From Eledone cirrhosa (taxonomy: Eukaryota): a DNA stretch of 64,000 nucleotides. Below, piece by piece: positions 59,901 to 64,000 of the stretch. A program made the translations under genes and the position numbers. A model generated the notes under the pieces. The model worked only from the letters and a program-made list of their open reading frames with translations, was not told the origin of the DNA and searched no databases. How positions within the stretch are numbered: the stretch's first letter is position 1; each line of letters starts with the position of its first letter. The DNA is taken from positions 62,001 through 126,000 of the forward strand of contig CAXHJY010000054.1 in NCBI GenBank assembly GCA_964016885.1, given 5' to 3'.

Positions 59901-62900
59901 GATAGCTTAGCTTAGGATAGCTTAGGATAGCTTAGTTTAGCTTAGCTTAGGATAGCTTAGCTTAGCTTAGGATAGCTTAGCTTAGCTTAGCTTAGGATAG
60001 CTTAGCTTAGCTTAGGATAGCTTAGGATAGCTTAGCTTAGGATAGCTTAGGATAGCTTAGCTTAGGATAGCTTAGCTTAGGATAGCTTAGCTTAGGATAG
60101 CTTAGGATAGCTTAGCTTATCTTAGGATAGCTTAGGATAGCTTAGCTTAGGATAGCTTAGGATAGCTTAGCTTAGCTTAGCTTAGGATAGCTTAGCTTAG
60201 CTTAGCTTTGGATAGCTTAGCTTAGCTTAGCTTAGGATAGCTTAGCTTAGCTTAGCTTAGCTTAGGATAGCTTAGGATAGCTTAGCTTAGGTTAGCTTAG
60301 GATAGCTTAGCTTAGGATAGCTTAGGATAGCTTAGGATAGCTTAGCTTGGGATAGCTTAGCTTAGGACAGCTTAGCTTAGGATAGCTTAGGTTAGCTTAG
60401 GATAGCTTAGCTTAGGATAGCTTAGGATAGCTTAGGATAGCTTAGCTTAGGATAGCTTAGCTTAGCTTAGCTTAGGATAGCTTAGCTTAGCTTAGCTTAG
60501 GAGAGCTTAGCTTAGCTTAGGATAGCTTAGCTTAGGATAGCTTAGCTTAGCTTAGCTTAGGATAGCTTAGCTTAGCTTAGGATAGCTTAGCTTAGCTTAG
60601 CTTAGGATAGCTTAGCTTAGCTTAGGATAGCTTAGCTTAGGATAGCTTAGCTTAGGATAGCTTAGCTTAGGATAGCTTAGGATAGCTTAGCTTAGGATAG
60701 CTTAGCTTAGGATAGCTTAGGATAGCTTAGCTTAGGATAGCTTAGCTTAGCTTAGCTTAGGATAGCTTAGCTTAGCTTAGCTTAGGATAGCTTAGCTTAG
60801 GATAGCTTAGGATAGCTTAGCTTAGCTTAGCTTAGGATAGCTTAGCTTAGCTTAGCTTAGGATAGCTTAGCTTAGCTTAGCTCAGGATAGCTTAGCTTGG
60901 GATAGCTTATCTTAGCTTAGCTTAGGATAGCTTAGCTTAGGATAGCTTAGCTTAGCTTAGCTTAGGATAGCTTAGCTTAGCTTGGCTTAGGATAGCTTAG
61001 CTTAGCTTAGGATAGCCTAGCTTAGCTTAGCTTAGGATGGCTTAGCTTAGCTTAGCTTAGGATAGCTTAGCTTAGTTTAGGATAGCTTAGCTTAGCTTAG
61101 CTTAGGATAGCTTAGGATAGCTTAGCTTAGGATGGCTTAGGATAGCTTAGCTTAGGATAGCTTAGGTTAGCTTAGCTTAGGATAGCTTAGCTTAGGATAG
61201 CTTAGCTTAGGATAGCTTAGGATAGCTTAGCTTAGGATAGCTTAGCTTAGGATAGCTTAGGAAAGCTTAGCTTAGCTTAGCTTAGGATAGCTTAGCTTAG
61301 CTTAGCTTAGGATAGCTTAGCTTAGCTTAGCTTAGGATAGCTTAGCTTAGCTTAGCTTAGGATAGCTTAGGATAGCTTAGCTTAGGTTAGCTTAGCTTAG
61401 GATAGCTTAGGATAGCTTAGCTTAGGATAGCTTAGGATAGCTTAGCTTAGGATAGCTTAGGATAGCTTAGCTTAGCTTAGCTTAGGATAGCTTAGCTTAG
61501 CTTAGCTTAGGATAGCTTAGCTTAGCTTAGCTTAGCTTAGGATAGCTTAGCTTAGCTTAGCTTAGGATAGCTTAGCTTAGCTTAGCTTAGGATAGCTTAG
61601 GATAGCTTAGCTTAGGATAGTTTAGGATAGCTTAGCTTAGGTTAGCTTAGGATAGCTTAGCTTAGGATAGCTTAGGATAGCTTAGCTTAGGATAGCTTAG
61701 CTTAGGATAGCTTAGCTTAGCTTAGCTTAGGATAGCTTAGCTTAGGATAGCTTAGGATAGCTTAGCTTAGGATAGCTTAGCTTAGGATAGCTTAGGATAG
61801 CTTAGCTTAGCTTAGCTTAGCTTAGGATAGCTTAGCTTAGGATAGCTTAGCTTAGCTTAGGATAGCTTAGCTTAGCTTAGCTTAGCTTAGGATAGATTAG
61901 GATAGCTTAGCTTAGGATAGCTTAGCTTAGGATAGCTTAGCTTAGCTTAGCTTAGGATAGCTTAGCTTGGGATAGCTTAGGATAGCTTAGCTTAGGATAG
62001 CTTAGCTTAGCTTAGCTTAGGATAGCTTAGCTTAGCTTAGCTTAGGATAGCTTAGCTTAGGATAGCTTAGCTTAGCTTAGCTTAGGATAGCTTAGCTTAG
62101 CTTAGCTTAGGATAGCTTAGCTTAGCTTAGCTTAGGATAGCTTAGCTTAGCTTAGCTTAGGATAGCTTAGCTTAGCTTAGCTTAGGATAGCTTAGCTTAG
62201 CTTAGCTTAGCTTAGAATAGCTTAGCTTAGGATAGCTTAGCTTAGGATAGCTTAGCTTAGGATAGCTTAGGATAGCTTAGCTTAGGATAGCTTAGCTTAG
62301 CTTAGCTTAGGATAGCTTAGCTTAGCTTAGGATAGCTTAGCTTAGGATAGCTTAGGAAAGCTTAGCTTAGGATAGCTTAGCTTGGCTTAGGATAGCTTAG
62401 CTTAGCTTAGCTTAGGATAGCTTAGCTTAGCTTAGCTTAGGATAGCTTAGCTTAGCTTAGCTTAGGATAGCTTAGCTTAGTTTAGGATAGCTTAGCTTAG
62501 CTTAGCTTAGGATAGCTTAGGATAGCTTAGCTTAGGATAGCTTAGGATAGCTTAGCTTAGGATAGCTTAGGATAGCATAGGTTAGGATAGCTTAGCTTAG
62601 GATAGCTTAGGATAGCTTAGGATAGCTTAGCTTAGGATAGCTTAGCTTAGGATAGCTTAGGAAAGCTTAGCTTAGCTTAGCTTAGGATAGCTTAGCTTAG
62701 CTTAGCTTAGGATAGCTTAGCTTAGCTTAGCTTAGGATAGCTTAGGATAGCTTAGCTTAGGATAGCTTAGGATAGCTTAGGATAGCTTAGCTTAGGATAG
62801 CTTAGCTTAGGATAGCTTAGCTTAGGATAGCTTAGGATAGCTTAGCTTAGCTTAGCTTAGGATAGCTTAGGATAGCTTAGCTTAGCTTAGCTTAGCTTAG

Positions 62901-63005
62901 GATAGCTTAGCTTAGCTTAGGATAGCTTAGGATAGCTTAGCTTAGGATAGCTTAGGATAGCTTAGCTTAGGATAGCTTAGCTTAGGATAGATTAGCTTAG
63001 CTTAG
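56951..63005 (-). repeat. Outer inverted-repeat segment, reverse complement of ~13063-19117
   Basis: Sum 76068 holds for CTATG 19103 / CATAG 56961, CTCTC 18773 / GAGAG 57291, GTAAG 16323 / CTTAC 59741, CTGTC 15698 / GACAG 60366, CTGAG 15183 / CTCAG 60881, CTAAT 13073 / ATTAG 62991. Confidence 0.93.
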
Positions 63006-64000
63006 GATAGCTTAGCTTAGCTTAGCTTAGGATAGCTTAGCTTAGGATAGCTTAGGAAAGCTTAGCTTAGCTTAGGATAGCTTAGCTTAGCTTAGCTTAG
63101 GATAGCTTAGCTTAGCTTAGGATAGTTTAGCTTAGCTTAGCTTAGGATAGCTTAGCTTAGCTTAGCTTAGGATAGCTTAGCTTAGCTTAGCTTAGGATAG
63201 CTTAGCTTAGCTTAGCTTAGGATAGCTTAGCTTAGCTTAGGATAGCTTAGCTTAGCTTAGGATAGCTTAGCTTAGGATAGCTTAGCTTAGCTTAGCTTAG
63301 CTTGGCTTAGGATAGCTTAGCTTAGCTTGGCTTAGGATAGCTTAGCTTAGCTTAGCTTAGCTTAGCTTAGGATAGCTTAGCTTAGCTTGGCTTAGGATAG
63401 CTTAGCTTAGCTTAGCTTAGGATAGCTTAGCTTAGCTTAGCTTAGGATAGCTTAGCTTAGCTTAGCTTAGGATAGCTTAGGATAGCTTAGCTTAGGATAG
63501 CTTAGGATAGCTTAGGTTAGGATAGCTTAGCTTAGGATAGCTTAGCTTAGGATAGCTTAGGATAGCTTAGCTTAGGATAGCTTAGGATAGCTTAGCTTAG
63601 GATAGCTTAGCTTAGGATAGCTTAGGATAGCTTAGCTTAGCTTAGCTTAGGATAGCTTAGCTTAGCTTAGCTTAGGATAGCTTAGGATAGCTTAGCTTAG
63701 GATAGCTTAGCATAGCTTAGCTTAGGATAGCTTAGCTTAGGATAGCTTAGCTTAGGATAGCTTAGGATAGCTTAGGATAGCTTAGCTTAGCTTAGCTGAG
63801 GATAGCTTAGCTTAGCTTAGGATAGCTTAGCTTAGCTTAGCTTAGGATAGCTTAGCTTAGCTTAGCTTAGGATAGCTTAGCTTAGCTTAGCTTAGCTTAG
63901 GATAGCTTAGCTTAGCTTAGCTTAGGATAGCTTAGGATAGCTTAGCTTAGGATAGCTTAGGATAGCTTAGCTTAGGATAGCTTAGGATAGCTTAGCTTAG
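63006..64000 (-). repeat. Outermost visible inverted-repeat segment, reverse complement of ~5401-6395
   Basis: Sum ~69401 holds for CTTTC 6341 / GAAAG 63056, CTAAA 6271 / TTTAG 63126, CCAAG 6070 and 6095 / CTTGG 63326 and 63301, CTATG 5686 / CATAG 63711, CTCAG 5601 / CTGAG 63796. Confidence 0.88.

Larger units (their letters stand above)
36474..64000 (-). repeat. Same satellite in the opposite orientation, right arm (CTTAG/GATAG on the + strand)
   Basis: Seen directly: units are CTTAG and GATAG, the reverse complements of the left-arm units, with reverse-complemented variants. The array is open at the window's right edge. Confidence 0.99.

Noticed and set aside
1-64000. Protein-coding ORFs on either strand, including a never-ending repeat ORF of the DRT2/Neo type
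   Set aside because: CTAAG contains TAA, and CTTAG and GATAG both contain TAG. With a 5-bp period the stops cycle through all frames, so all six frames close within a few codons in the standard code.
36474-64000. Very long ORF under a TAG- or TAA/TAG-reassigned genetic code
   Set aside because: Formally open for long stretches, but only as a by-product of the repeat. Gains and losses come in 5-bp and 4-bp units with no frame preservation, and nothing indicates an alternative code.
1-64000. CRISPR array or other repeat-spacer array
   Set aside because: There are no unique spacers; everything is made of the same two pentamers.
1-64000. Deliberate or functional binary code in the CTAAG/CTATC order
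   Set aside because: The order is adequately explained by two 25-mer alleles, slippage and nested duplications. I saw no framing or other sign of encoded information, though no formal entropy test was run.
36474-64000. Canonical arthropod (TTAGG)n telomere or G-quadruplex array
   Set aside because: TTAGG is not tandem here; it is almost always followed by ATAGC. G runs are only GG and widely spaced.

Overview
The whole 64-kb window is one low-complexity satellite (about 40% GC) built from two pentamers, CTAAG and CTATC, plus rare single-base variants. I can support no genes, RNA genes, mobile elements or CRISPR arrays. The main structure is a giant inverted repeat. The array reads (CTAAG/CTATC)n from 1 to ~36469 and flips to (CTTAG/GATAG)n at a spacer-less palindrome axis between 36471 and 36472 (...CCTAAGCTATAG|CTATAGCTTAGG...). 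Rare variant pentamers used as landmarks show the right arm is a true reverse-complement copy of the left in four registers. Mirrored positions sum to 72943 out to ~22.5/50.4 kb, then 72938 after a 5-bp indel out to ~19.1/53.8 kb, then 76068 after a ~3.13-kb right-arm expansion out to ~13.1/63.0 kb, then ~69401 after skipping ~6.67 kb of the left arm. The array has a near-strict unit grammar, a 25-bp super-period and many kb-scale internal duplications. The sequence alone cannot show whether the palindrome is biological (fold-back or hairpin event, telomere-like or recombination-maintained array) or a fold-back, amplification or assembly artefact. Comparisons were made by eye on landmark variants, not base by base.
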